The notes: generated from the letters alone by a model not told the origin. DNA of 64,000 nt from Oligoflexia bacterium (GCA_023250675.1 JAHFAE010000004.1:120-64119); one strand, 5' to 3'. Positions 1 to 10,080 are shown, numbered from the stretch's first letter. Translations and numbers: made by a program.

Positions 1-594
1 CCTACTTTTCAAATAATCAATAAGAAATAATATTATGGGGAACGTAACGGCCATGGGTTTGGACAGAAGGGATAACCCTAAAAAAATTAGGGCCCCCAAA
101 TAGAATAATTTATGTCCTTCCAAATATCTTAAGTAAGACAAAAGCCCCGATAAGAAAAATAATCCATAAAGAACATCTTTTCTTTCAGTCACCCAGGCCA
201 CCGATTCTACATGAAGAGGGCATGTTGCAAAAGTGAGGGCGCCCAAGGTTGTAACGGTTATATTTTTTTCTGATAGTCTGTAGAGTAAAAAAATAACAAG
301 AATGCAGTTAATCAGGTGTAAAATAATATTAGTTGTATGAAATACGAGGGGATTAGGGCCGAAAAAATAAAATTCAATGGCAAATGAGGCCAACGTTAAA
401 GGAACATAGTCGCCTTCTCCCCGTTTGGTAAAAATGTCATAGAAGTTTTGATTTGCTACCATATGATTTTTCGTTAAATATCCCGGATCGTCAAAATTCA
501 CAAAATCAAATGTGAACGACTGGCAAAATATGAGGAGTATGGCGGCGGCCACGATAAACACAAGCCATCGCAATTTGAGATTGTCAGTCGCCAT
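1..594 (-). CDS. TMTC-like GT-C glycosyltransferase (protein O-mannosyltransferase-like membrane protein), runs off the left edge
   Basis: Not in ORF track. Manual translation from ATG at 594: MATDNLKLRWLVFIVAAAILLIFCQSFTFDFVNFDDPGYLTKN...DYVPLTLASF...FHTTNIILHLINC...FALHPLHVESVAWVTERKDVL; these are the DD, YxPL, HxxNxxLH and HP...VESVAW..ERK motifs of TMTC/DUF1736-type enzymes. Confidence 0.85.
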   Translation of the reverse strand, partial: MATDNLKLRWLVFIVAAAILLIFCQSFTFDFVNFDDPGYLTKNHMVANQNFYDIFTKRGEGDYVPLTLASFAIEFYFFGPNPLVFHTTNIILHLINCILVIFLLYRLSEKNITVTTLGALTFATCPLHVESVAWVTERKDVLYGLFFLSGLLSYLRYLEGHKLFYLGALIFLGLSLLSKPMAVTFPIILFLIDYLKSR

Positions 595-882
595 GGGTCA
601 TTTTATCTCACTTTAACTTTTGAGATTAGCAGTTACAAATTTCAATTATGAAATTGGACCAGTCCTTTGGTTCAGAAAGATTCTTTCACAGCCTAAAGTG
701 GAGATCATCAGCTAATAAAAAAACCAGGTTTAACATATTTTGGTGACCATTATCGTGAAGTCAAATCAATAAAATATTTTTTATCCACGGCTTTGGCTGT
801 AGTGCTTTGTCCTCGTCCTATAGAATACCACCTCTTTATATATGTTGATTTATTACAGTGAAACTGCAATAATCAAACATAT

Positions 883-2025
883 ATGGCGCACAAGAGATTG
901 CGATTATTGAAGCAAAATTTTTTGAAGCATACCAAAGTCTGGCCGGTGGTGTCTTTGTTGGGTCCACGGCAATGCGGAAAAAGCACATTTCTTAGGGACC
1001 TGACATGGCCAAAAGATACATTTACCTACTTAACTTTAGATAATGCATCAACTCGTAGAAGGGCCATAGAAAATCCAGAGCTTTTTTTGTCTGAATCCGA
1101 GAGACTTCCTTTCGTCGTTGATGAAATACAGAAAGCCCCCGAACTTTTTGATGAGATTAAAGCTGTCGTTGATCAAAAGAGAGTTCCAGGTAGATTTATT
1201 TTATCAGGTAGTGTTCAGTTTTCGAGAAAAATAGGCATACGCGAGTCTCTGACAGGCCGTACGGCGACATTGTACCTCGACACCTTGACTCTTCGTGAGT
1301 CTTCCCAGGTAAAGACCCTAGAATTAAAACATATTCAGCAGTATATGAAATTAGGTGGAATGCCTGGAGTCTGCTTTTTTCGTGACTCCAAGATCAGAAC
1401 TGACTACTGGGAACAATGGCTCGAGACTCTCTGCGAAAGAGATCTAAAGACTTTCAGCAAAGGCCGACTTTCAGGAGATCTGGCTAGGCGTATTCTCGAA
1501 CAATGTGCGACATTGCAACTTCCGATGATACAAAATATTGCCAAAAATACCCGTATCGACGCTCGACGAATTCAAACGCATATTGATGCATTAGTCGATC
1601 TGTTCGTTGTTAGACCAATCCAACCCCATGCGGGAAGTACAGGTAAAACAATCTATATTCCTTTTGACTGTGGACTTTCAAGCCACTTGGGAGCCGGTAT
1701 GAATAGACTTTGGCAAGTCTGGTTTTTAGTTGAGTGGTACAATCAGCGCGCTTTTAACTTTAAACAAACTGTGCATCCGCAGTTCTATTTAACTTCTCGT
1801 CATTCTTTTGTAGATTTTGTCACAGAGAACACTGGTCATCTCTTTTGTGGCGAGCCTTCACCTTCAAGGTCTTATCTCATGACAGCCCAAGCTGCCGCAA
1901 AGAAACTTTCTAACAAACCCTTCATCATTCATTGTGCCACGAACCAGAGCAGCCATAGTGTGAACAAAGGAATCCAGGCTCTGCCTTGGCCTCAATTGAC
2001 TCATTTCATTGATAAAACACATTGA
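883..2025 (+). CDS. AAA_14 ATPase with DUF4143-type C-terminal region
   Basis: Walker A GPRQCGKST, Walker B VVDEIQKAPELF, FILSGS, RESLTGR, GGMP motifs. Confidence 0.85.
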   Translation: MAHKRLRLLKQNFLKHTKVWPVVSLLGPRQCGKSTFLRDLTWPKDTFTYLTLDNASTRRRAIENPELFLSESERLPFVVDEIQKAPELFDEIKAVVDQKRVPGRFILSGSVQFSRKIGIRESLTGRTATLYLDTLTLRESSQVKTLELKHIQQYMKLGGMPGVCFFRDSKIRTDYWEQWLETLCERDLKTFSKGRLSGDLARRILEQCATLQLPMIQNIAKNTRIDARRIQTHIDALVDLFVVRPIQPHAGSTGKTIYIPFDCGLSSHLGAGMNRLWQVWFLVEWYNQRAFNFKQTVHPQFYLTSRHSFVDFVTENTGHLFCGEPSPSRSYLMTAQAAAKKLSNKPFIIHCATNQSSHSVNKGIQALPWPQLTHFIDKTH

Positions 2026-2210
2026 GAGAAGGGGGAGGTCTGGTCGAAGCTGAAACTGATACCATAATGTCATTTTTGCGTCATTTTCGCCAATATCATG
2101 TCGGTTTTGGAATCTAGACTAGATGGCATCTACAGTGAGTTTCATTAAAACTCGCCCTTGGCGACTTAAGTAACTTGCATTCAAATAAATCCATATAGAA
2201 AATCAAGAAT

Positions 2211-4103
2211 GTGACATCTCCCGACGAAGTAAACTCTCCACCTAAAGGCGGCCATGATATCGATGATACCAAATATTGGGCCTCTTTTTTACTACCTTTC
2301 TTTGTTCTAGTTTTCAATTTTTTTAGGCTTGCGGAATCACCTCAAAGTCCCGACGGTGCTGAGATGGTTATGGCAGCAATTCAAGGGGGAGTATTACACT
2401 CCCCCGGTTTTCCGCTTCAGGCTTGGATTGATCGGCTCTTTGTTCAATTTCCGACTGCAAACACAGCTTATAATTTATCACTTTTATCTTTGTTTTCGTT
2501 TTGTATTGCGTCGTTTGTTTTTCTTAAATGTCTGAAAGCTTTAGAAGTGAGTTTTTTGCCGGCACTTGGAGCGTTTCTTTGTTTTATTTTTTTTCCCGCT
2601 TCATGGCCTATGGCCTTGCAACCGGAGAAATACTCACTCCTGATTCTAGTTTTAATGACCCTTGCTTATTTTTCTATAATGGAAATCAAACAAGGCAAAA
2701 GTAGAGCCCCCCTTATCGGTTTATTATTAGGATTAGGATTCGCTCAACATATAGCTGCGGTTTTATTCATCCCATTTTTATTAGCTGCTGCGTGGGCTTC
2801 GGGTGGCCATTTGATACCGCGGGCTCGTTATCTTTTTGTCAGCATGGGAATAGCTTTTCTGATTTCTTCTCTTTTTTACGTAAGTCTTTTTCAGATGACC
2901 TCACCTGATGCGTGGCCTGATTGGGGTAAAATTCAAAATCTGCACGATCTTTTTCGTTTAGTGACTCGCCAAGATTTTCATTTTTTCTACGGTTTTGATA
3001 TCAATCGAACAGGGTGGATTACGGGGTTAGGTTTACTCAAAAATGATCTATTCAAAACTCTTTTACTACCGTTCTTAATAATTGGCTTATGCCAAATTCC
3101 TATTAATTTTCGAAATCTTCAATATCTCTCTCTTGGCATCACCTTTATTTTCACTCTCGTAGCTTTATTTTTTACTCAACTTCCAGGCAACTCGCCGCTT
3201 GATACTGTTTACCTTGGCCGATTTGAAAATCTGGCTCTAATACCTATTTGCCTCATCGCAGGTTTAGGTTTTGAATTTTCGTGGAAATTTCTAATGGTCA
3301 ATATGATTGAATTCTCTTTAATCAAATATCATAAATTTATATTTTTGGTTTTGGGTTCTGGAATTGTGCTTTTTGCATTAGGCCAATCCGAATCAGATTT
3401 TTCTGAAGATCGAACTCTAGAAATCTATCGCGAAGCCTTAGGCGCTCAATTGCCTGAAAAGGCATTTTACATGGCGACGAGCGATCTTGAGCCCTTCTAT
3501 GGGGTTCCAAATCGTAGGGTTCTAAACCATAGTGAAGAGCCGGGTAAAAGTGGAATCCGCTTTCCACAGACCGGCGATTTTGACTGGTACATAGAGAGGA
3601 TGACGTTGAGAAATGAGCCACGAATTGCATCTCTGGAATTAGGCCAGAAAACGCCAGGTCTCTACAATGTTTTGCAAAAGGCTTTTGAAAAAGGGTTTGA
3701 GATTTATTCAACGAGCCCCGAATTACTAGTGGCTTCAGGGCATCCGGTGGCGAAGGTTGGGCTATTTTACGTTATCACTTCTCTTCCCACTGAAAAATTG
3801 AAGCATAAAATATTAGAAGCTTGCATAAATATTTGCGGAGTTTTGAGCAAGAACCACAGGCCGTTCCCGCAGAATGGGCATGGCTATTCTCGATTTCTTC
3901 TTAAAGAATTTAAATCGGCGTTCGCGGGAGCCGCTAAATTTTTGTCTCGTCCCGAAAATTTACTTTCTGGTTTCCCTGAGAAAATACTCACGACAAAAAC
4001 ATCCACCGAAAAAATACCTACAGCCCTCAAAAAAATATCCAACGCCCTAGAAAAAGGCGAGGACCCCCAAGCCTGGATCCAAGGCTGCCAATCCCTTTAC
4101 TAA
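2211..4103 (+). CDS. DUF2723 (TMEM260-like) GT-C membrane glycosyltransferase
   Basis: DGAEMVMAA..GGVLHSPGFPL matches the DUF2723 DSGE...HPPGYPLY motif; many hydrophobic helices; GL...H motif (GLGFAQH). Confidence 0.8.
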   Translation: MTSPDEVNSPPKGGHDIDDTKYWASFLLPFFVLVFNFFRLAESPQSPDGAEMVMAAIQGGVLHSPGFPLQAWIDRLFVQFPTANTAYNLSLLSLFSFCIASFVFLKCLKALEVSFLPALGAFLCFIFFPASWPMALQPEKYSLLILVLMTLAYFSIMEIKQGKSRAPLIGLLLGLGFAQHIAAVLFIPFLLAAAWASGGHLIPRARYLFVSMGIAFLISSLFYVSLFQMTSPDAWPDWGKIQNLHDLFRLVTRQDFHFFYGFDINRTGWITGLGLLKNDLFKTLLLPFLIIGLCQIPINFRNLQYLSLGITFIFTLVALFFTQLPGNSPLDTVYLGRFENLALIPICLIAGLGFEFSWKFLMVNMIEFSLIKYHKFIFLVLGSGIVLFALGQSESDFSEDRTLEIYREALGAQLPEKAFYMATSDLEPFYGVPNRRVLNHSEEPGKSGIRFPQTGDFDWYIERMTLRNEPRIASLELGQKTPGLYNVLQKAFEKGFEIYSTSPELLVASGHPVAKVGLFYVITSLPTEKLKHKILEACINICGVLSKNHRPFPQNGHGYSRFLLKEFKSAFAGAAKFLSRPENLLSGFPEKILTTKTSTEKIPTALKKISNALEKGEDPQAWIQGCQSLY

Positions 4104-4110
4104 GGTGCCC

Positions 4111-4211
4111 CCGCGGTGCCTGGCACCGTGGGGTGCCCTTATATTTGCGCAAAAGGTGCCAGGCACCGCGGGAAGTCTCTATATTTGCGGAAAAACCGCC
4201 TGGCACCTTTT
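4111..4211. repeat. Cluster of short GGTGCC(A/T)GGCACC palindromes (REP-like)
   Basis: ccgcggtgcctggcacc (4111-4127) is the exact reverse complement of ggtgccaggcaccgcgg (4155-4171); degenerate third copy gcctggcacctttt near 4198-4211; direct repeat tatatttgcg at 4140 and 4180. Confidence 0.75.
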
Positions 4212-4302
4212 GCACCTCACTAAGGTCCTGCGCCGTCGATATGGCCTGTCTTCTTTGCCTAAAAACCGATAAAATAATTAAGATCAGAACTAAGGATTCC
4301 AT

Positions 4303-4795
4303 ATGAAACTAAATAAATTTCTTTTTATTTTGGTATTCATACCAACTTGTTTTGGCGCGAACCCATCGTTTGCTTCCCTCCAACTAGGAGTTGGTGGTTC
4401 GTTTCTTTCGACTACGGCAAACGTTAGCACTACGGCATCTTATGCAACTGTCGCAGGAAAACCTGAGAGCACGTATGGAGGTGGAGTACTCCTATTTTGG
4501 GACGCCCCTGCATTAATTGGAGTTGAAATAGGGGCAATGTACGTCCAAAGAAAGGCCACTTCTGATATTTCAGTTCTGGGCATTCCACTTTCCCAAAGTG
4601 AAACCGTCACTGATCTTCAAATTCCTATTTTGCTAAGAGCCAATATTTTGCCCTTTCCTAGTGTCGGCGTAGGAATTTCACAATATATCGCCCAAGGGCA
4701 ACCAAACCAGCGTCGCCGACATGGACACCTCGGCCACCACCACTACGAAAGTAAACATTGTTCAAGCACTTGCAGGAGTTACAATTCGATTGTAA
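4303..4795 (+). pseudogene. Outer-membrane beta-barrel (OmpA-like/porin family) with internal deletion and frameshift
   Basis: Frame 1 gives a signal peptide and barrel strands (GVEIGAMYVQR, LQIPILLRAN) up to SVGVG, then non-barrel text. The +1 frame from ~4673 reads EFHNISPKGNQTSVADMDTSATTTTKVNIVQALAGVTIRL* (TAA 4793-4795), a typical terminal barrel strand. Confidence 0.7.
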
Positions 4796-4806
4796 AAATA
4801 TGACCG

Positions 4807-6267
4807 ATGGCCATTAATATTACTAAATATACTAGTCATAATTTGCTCTTTATTCTTAATAGCGACCAGTCTATTAAATTGGCAACGGCTGTTTTAAAGG
4901 GGTATTCCCATAACCTTAAAATAACACATAATCTTGTGGAAGCAGTGACAGCCCTCCCCTCTTTTGACGCCGATATTCTTTTTATCAGCTGGAATCTTAA
5001 AAAAACCAATGTAAAAAAGTTCTACGAAATCATGACCAAAAAATTTGGCTACCTCTGCGTAGTTATGGCAGAATCAAATTCACCTCTAGTTGTAAATGAT
5101 TTAATGAAGAGTCGCATTCCTAACATGCTTCTTCCTCCTGTGACCGGAGATTCTATACATAAGCGCACTTTAGAACTTCTCATGAAGAAAAAGACTTTTT
5201 TTGAAACCTTTAGGAGAATAAGTATATCAGCCTTACCAGCTCAAGGAAATTGGGGAAAGCTTGAAGGCTCAAAATCGGGCTCGGGTACCTGGCAACTCTC
5301 AGACAATGAAAATATAGAGCAGAAATACTATGGGCGAGGGGACTACAAACCCAAATTTGATAAAGAAAAAGGACTTTGGGGAAGATTTAGAGATGAATTT
5401 GCTTTTGAAAGAATCGTACCCCTTACAGCCAGGCAAAAAGCCGGAAAAGACGAAATAGAAGATCCATATCAATTGGCTGAATACCTCCCTTCATCGGCAG
5501 AAGTTCAAAAAGGCCTAGGACTAGATGCCCTCATTAATGATTTAGAACTTAAATCTGTCCCTGCCGAAACAACTATTACAGGCAAAGCCAGAGCTACGAC
5601 GGCTAAAATTGCAAAGAGTGTTCAAAGTGCTGTTGATACGTCGGTTATTCGCACATCTCAAGAAACTCAAAGCATTAAGAAAGTTTCAAAAGCCACTCTA
5701 ACCTTGGTGAAAACTGATAACTTCAAAGGATATATTTTGGGGGTCAATGCTAGCGATAGCCAAGATGAAGATCTTATGGGTAAGGTGAGATCGAATTTAA
5801 AAGGCTCCTTGGGCAAAGAATCTCCTGACCAGCAATCTCATGTCACTGTGCATAAAATGCAGCTTGATGAGGTCGCCTTTAAAGTTTGGGCCGATCGCAA
5901 CGCAGAATTTGTTATTAATTCGCAACATGGTGAAGATGACGTGGCCTTTGCATGTTTTGCCAGCAGCACCATTATGGAACAAGCAGGCAAAGACAGCGGT
6001 GTCTTCAATGTGGACTTAGAAAAATTCTTGATTCCTGATACTGACCTTACGTTTGATGTTTACATACATTTTCCTGAAAACAAAAAGTTCATTCAGTATC
6101 TGAGAAAGGGATCTCGAGCTTCAGCCATTACCAAAGAAAAACTCCTTAAAATGGGAATCAAGAATTTCTCTATTAAAAATGAAGAGAAAGAATTTTTTAA
6201 TTCCTATTGCATCAACCATGAAATCAATGTGTCTATTCGAGAATTCAAGAAAAAAGGTGAAAAGTAA
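4807..6267 (+). CDS. Cytoplasmic signalling-like protein: degenerate receiver-like N-terminus, C-terminal module resembling the N-terminal domain of Bdellovibrio-type HD-GYP proteins
   Basis: N-terminal alpha/beta pattern (LLFIL...DADILFISWNL...LCVVMA...NMLLPP); C-terminal TFDVYIHFPENKKFIQYLRKG...EKLLKMGIKNFSIKNEEKEFF; family link is from memory. Confidence 0.45.
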   Translation: MAINITKYTSHNLLFILNSDQSIKLATAVLKGYSHNLKITHNLVEAVTALPSFDADILFISWNLKKTNVKKFYEIMTKKFGYLCVVMAESNSPLVVNDLMKSRIPNMLLPPVTGDSIHKRTLELLMKKKTFFETFRRISISALPAQGNWGKLEGSKSGSGTWQLSDNENIEQKYYGRGDYKPKFDKEKGLWGRFRDEFAFERIVPLTARQKAGKDEIEDPYQLAEYLPSSAEVQKGLGLDALINDLELKSVPAETTITGKARATTAKIAKSVQSAVDTSVIRTSQETQSIKKVSKATLTLVKTDNFKGYILGVNASDSQDEDLMGKVRSNLKGSLGKESPDQQSHVTVHKMQLDEVAFKVWADRNAEFVINSQHGEDDVAFACFASSTIMEQAGKDSGVFNVDLEKFLIPDTDLTFDVYIHFPENKKFIQYLRKGSRASAITKEKLLKMGIKNFSIKNEEKEFFNSYCINHEINVSIREFKKKGEK

Positions 6268-6297
6268 TTCCCTATGAAATCAACAAATCGCTATCAA

Positions 6298-7716
6298 TTA
6301 GAACAAAGCCAATAATTTTATAGAAAATCCGTACTGGGCTTCAATGAGGGATCCCGTAGCATTAGCCAGAGCTTCTCTTAGAACTCTTGCATCTAGTCCC
6401 GCTTCAACCGCAAAAGTTTTGTTAAGATACATTCTTGTACCGCCATTGATACCTACTCCACCACTGGTATAGGGCATAGTCGCTCCGTTTTCTACATCGC
6501 TTGAATAAATGGGGTAATAAAGCTGCCCTGTGAGCCAAAGAATGGCTCTCGTGCCCAACGCCCATTGGTATCGCCTTTCTAACAATGGAGAAATGAGTTG
6601 GGAAGAAACAAGCGGCAACGTAGCACCTTGATTTGTCGTCACGTTATAATTGGCGTAATAAGCACCTAGAGAAGTTATAGTACCTCGCCGATCATTTTGT
6701 GAGCCGGCAAATTCAAAACTTGCTGAGGTCTGCAAAAATTTGACAGTGTTGCTGTCGTTGGCGGCCCCCCCAAAAATCCCTGTGGCTTTAAAGCCGGAGT
6801 ATCCCAACTCTAAACTTGAAAAGGGAGAAAGAGGTACCTGATATATTCTCTTGCTCAACGCCCCTTCAAGGGAACTTACTTTAACATCTAAAAAGAAAAA
6901 CTGAGTTCCTCCACCAATCCAAAACTTTCTGTGCGTACGAGTGCTCAATCGATCTTCTAAATCAACACCGGGTTTTGAATATTCTACCTTTAAAAAAGGA
7001 GCCAATGCTCCGTCAGTATTATTAACTTTAGCGATGACCGATTGAGCACCCACTTCTGTAACGGTAATAGTCGCCATATACTTTTTTGAACTTGAAAAAC
7101 TAGGTTGGTCACCTTCAAATTCAAAGACTTTAAATTGAGTGCCAACAGAAAATCCTCTCGTTTTGCCCATATTTAAAGTAATCTTAGTTCCTTCGACGGC
7201 AGTCACTATACCCAGGTAAGGAAACCCCGTGACCACACTTCTGACAGCTTGAGCGACCATTTCATCGTCTTTGCCACGATCAGTGATCGTTACGGGCACA
7301 ACCCAGCTTGCCAAATTCTTACCCGTCGCGGAACTTTTAAGAGACATTTCTAAAATGCTACCTTTAAACTCCCCTTCTAGAATTCCCTCTACCCCACCAC
7401 CTCGATATTCTTTACTTGATCGATTTTTAGATACAGCTGAAACTTCAAAGTTAAAAGAATCTTGGAGGCCTGCAATAATATCTTGTTGAATAGATAATTT
7501 TTTTTGAGCCCAAAGGGAATTCAAATTTGCTTCTTTTGCCTTTTCAGTAAAAATAGCAACGGAAATTCTATCGACCGCAGTTGCGCGGGGTGACCCCCCA
7601 TAAGCTTGGTTGCAAAAAAATGCAGCAATGGCAAATGCCGCGCCTTGAAATAATATGAAATTACAATTCATTGGCTTATTGAAACTTAATATTTTATGAA
7701 TCATTAATTCTTTCAT
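6298..7716 (-). CDS. Exported protein with FlgT-C-like domain and C-terminal outer-membrane beta-barrel
   Basis: Signal peptide; ITLNMGKTRGFSVGTQFKVF...ATITVTEV...VIAKV (FlgT-C-like); alternating amphipathic strands ending ...GFSIKLLALF. Confidence 0.6.
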   Translation of the reverse strand: MKELMIHKILSFNKPMNCNFILFQGAAFAIAAFFCNQAYGGSPRATAVDRISVAIFTEKAKEANLNSLWAQKKLSIQQDIIAGLQDSFNFEVSAVSKNRSSKEYRGGGVEGILEGEFKGSILEMSLKSSATGKNLASWVVPVTITDRGKDDEMVAQAVRSVVTGFPYLGIVTAVEGTKITLNMGKTRGFSVGTQFKVFEFEGDQPSFSSSKKYMATITVTEVGAQSVIAKVNNTDGALAPFLKVEYSKPGVDLEDRLSTRTHRKFWIGGGTQFFFLDVKVSSLEGALSKRIYQVPLSPFSSLELGYSGFKATGIFGGAANDSNTVKFLQTSASFEFAGSQNDRRGTITSLGAYYANYNVTTNQGATLPLVSSQLISPLLERRYQWALGTRAILWLTGQLYYPIYSSDVENGATMPYTSGGVGINGGTRMYLNKTFAVEAGLDARVLREALANATGSLIEAQYGFSIKLLALF

Positions 7717-7719
7717 AGA

Positions 7720-8982
7720 TTAATATTTATTGTAATACCCCGACAATAAAACGTTTACATTAAATTGACCTGAACTCTGAGGATTAATAACCAGGACTTT
7801 AGCAGATGATGACCCACTAAATGGCATCCCATAGGCTTTGCCGTCGCCAGCCATCGTAACGCCATGCCAAGTTTCAAGAGCCGTATTTGTGATGCTCGTA
7901 CTTATAGTAGCTGTGTCCGTTGCTGGATCAATCATTAGCATAGAAACAGGATTTGTTTGAATTGTGGGAATACCATAGATTTTTCCGTCGGCAACATATA
8001 CCCCGCCCTGCCAAACCACGTTGCTCGCATTGACGATAGAAACAAAAGTTGTGCCGGCAATATTGGTTGGGTCGATAACGCCTACTTTTGCAGGATTTCC
8101 ACCGCTATTTGGAACACAATAAATTTTGCCATTTGAAGCAAGAACTCCACCCTGCCAAGTTGTATTACTCGCGTTAACAAAAGTGTGGGTCGTGTCTATT
8201 AAATTCGTATCAGGATCAATAACCAAAACTGTTTCTGGGTTGCGCCCCCCCGAAGGAATTCCATAAATTTTTCCATCGGGTCCCAGAACTGCCGCAGACC
8301 AGCTGGCGTTTGTGGCATTAGTAAATGTAATTGTTCCGGCGGCCGCCCCCCCAGGATCTATGACTAAAACTGTAGTTGGATTTGTTCCCCCTTCAGAGAC
8401 CGCATATATTTTTCCGTTGGGTGCAAGAACACCACCTGTCCAGCGAAAACCAGGCGACGGATTATCAAATGTAATTTTGCTTATACTGTCGTTAGTGGGA
8501 TCAATGACAAGCACCTCTTGGGGCGTGTTGCCGCCATTGGCGCTATCATTTGGAATTCCGTAAATCAGCCCGTTGCCTGCTAGAACTCCACCGTTCCAAA
8601 TAACCTGACTTGTGTTTGTTACTTCTATAGTTGTGGCAGTTTGACTGGCAGGTGTGACAACCAAGACTTTGGCCGGGTTCTTGGCCGGTGATGCGCCGCC
8701 GGGGATTCCATAAATTTTTCCGTTGGGGGCTAAAACTCCTGATTCCCATTGTTGGCCTGTTGAATTGGCCACACTGATAGTACTAAAACTTGGTGCCGAG
8801 GGGCCGCCTAGTCTTATAGTGTTGACGATACATTGTTTGAAGTCGCCCCAAGGACCTGCGCCCGTTATATACCAAAATACGGAACCGCAGGCGCCAAAGT
8901 AAGAATCTGATTGGCTTGACCCCAGCGGATTACATGCAGTCAGGCCAGAAAATGCTAAAAATAAACTGAGGAACCTTTTCAT
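7720..8982 (-). CDS. Lipoprotein with seven WxGGVLAxNGKIYGIP repeats (predicted 7-blade beta-propeller)
   Basis: Lipobox GLTAC; repeats WESGVLAPNGKIYGIP, WNGGVLAGNGLIYGIP, WTGGVLAPNGKIYAVS, WSAAVLGPDGKIYGIP, WQGGVLASNGKIYCVP, WQGGVYVADGKIYGIP, WHGVTMAGDGKAYGMP. Confidence 0.8.
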   Translation of the reverse strand: MKRFLSLFLAFSGLTACNPLGSSQSDSYFGACGSVFWYITGAGPWGDFKQCIVNTIRLGGPSAPSFSTISVANSTGQQWESGVLAPNGKIYGIPGGASPAKNPAKVLVVTPASQTATTIEVTNTSQVIWNGGVLAGNGLIYGIPNDSANGGNTPQEVLVIDPTNDSISKITFDNPSPGFRWTGGVLAPNGKIYAVSEGGTNPTTVLVIDPGGAAAGTITFTNATNASWSAAVLGPDGKIYGIPSGGRNPETVLVIDPDTNLIDTTHTFVNASNTTWQGGVLASNGKIYCVPNSGGNPAKVGVIDPTNIAGTTFVSIVNASNVVWQGGVYVADGKIYGIPTIQTNPVSMLMIDPATDTATISTSITNTALETWHGVTMAGDGKAYGMPFSGSSSAKVLVINPQSSGQFNVNVLLSGYYNKY

Positions 8983-10037
8983 CAGAAATTCCTCGTTATG
9001 CCAAAAGTAAACAAGACTTCTTGATTGGTCTGATTAATGATTTCGGTATTTTTCACTGTGTAACCGTAGCTCAATCCCAGTTCAGAAAGATAAGTCTTAG
9101 AAATAGATTTATTAAGAATCAAACCGACTTTTCCTCCATACCCATCTTTAGAGTGATAAGTTTCTACAGAATTTTTTAGAAAATACATGGGACTAAATTG
9201 GGCCACCAAATTGCCCCCCCAAATCTCAGTAATTTTATAAAAATAAGTTGGGGAAATTTTGTAAACGAAGGCAGAATTTAATGTAAGCTCGTTAACCCTC
9301 ACTCCTTTTATGAAAAACTCTTGTTCACGACTTATTCTGAGCGAAATCGAGCTGTCTTCATCAAATATGTATTTTGCTCCAAGGCCATAGCCAAAAAATA
9401 AATAGGACGGGTGATCAAAAGCAAAATTATCTGGTGGATTCATTGTTAACCCTCTAACGGTCCCAAAAGGGAAAAGGAAAAACTTTTCGCTTAACTTGAA
9501 GGCTAGCCCAAGACTAACAAGAGCATCAATTCGAGACACGACAGACAATTTGGAACCATCAAAATTGTCTACTCCATCAATTCGTAAAAAACCTACATTC
9601 GCCATAACAAAAGGATTAAACTTGTTGGCAATGGGTGGTTCTGATCTTGTCTCCATCGACGGCTGCTTTAGTTGAGTGTCATTAGTTTTAACGGGCGATC
9701 CATTTGATTGGGGTTGGGAATTCTGCGATGCATTTGAATTTGTCGAAGGATCGGCATTTCGCCCTTGGGGGGTTTGTTGACTTGATTTTGAGTCAGAATT
9801 TTGCAAGGCACTATGATTCTGATTTACAGATTTTCGATTTTTCGAAGAATCATGTCTCTCTTTCTTGGTTGATTTTATTTTTTTAATCTTCTCTGTTTTG
9901 CTCTGAGTTACAGGGTCGGTCTTTTGTGAATCCGCACTTTGGTTTAAGTTCGATTTATCCCATGGCTTCGCCAAAGAATTATGAAAAAAAAGTATAAAAG
10001 TGACAGAAATTAAAACTAGTTTTTTCAAGTTGTTCAC
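8982..10037 (-). CDS. Outer-membrane beta-barrel with long disordered S/Q/N/K-rich N-terminal region
   Basis: Signal peptide, ~110-aa low-complexity segment, amphipathic strands, C-terminal ...LFTFGITRNF. Confidence 0.65.
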   Translation of the reverse strand: MNNLKKLVLISVTFILFFHNSLAKPWDKSNLNQSADSQKTDPVTQSKTEKIKKIKSTKKERHDSSKNRKSVNQNHSALQNSDSKSSQQTPQGRNADPSTNSNASQNSQPQSNGSPVKTNDTQLKQPSMETRSEPPIANKFNPFVMANVGFLRIDGVDNFDGSKLSVVSRIDALVSLGLAFKLSEKFFLFPFGTVRGLTMNPPDNFAFDHPSYLFFGYGLGAKYIFDEDSSISLRISREQEFFIKGVRVNELTLNSAFVYKISPTYFYKITEIWGGNLVAQFSPMYFLKNSVETYHSKDGYGGKVGLILNKSISKTYLSELGLSYGYTVKNTEIINQTNQEVLFTFGITRNF

Positions 10038-10080
10038 GGTCCCTTCCTGTTGATTTTGACAAACCAGGTTAGGAAGTCAA

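Noticed and set aside
4027-4302. 91-aa minus-strand ORF across the palindrome cluster
   Set aside because: Translation of repeat DNA overlapping the DUF2723 3' end; no family features
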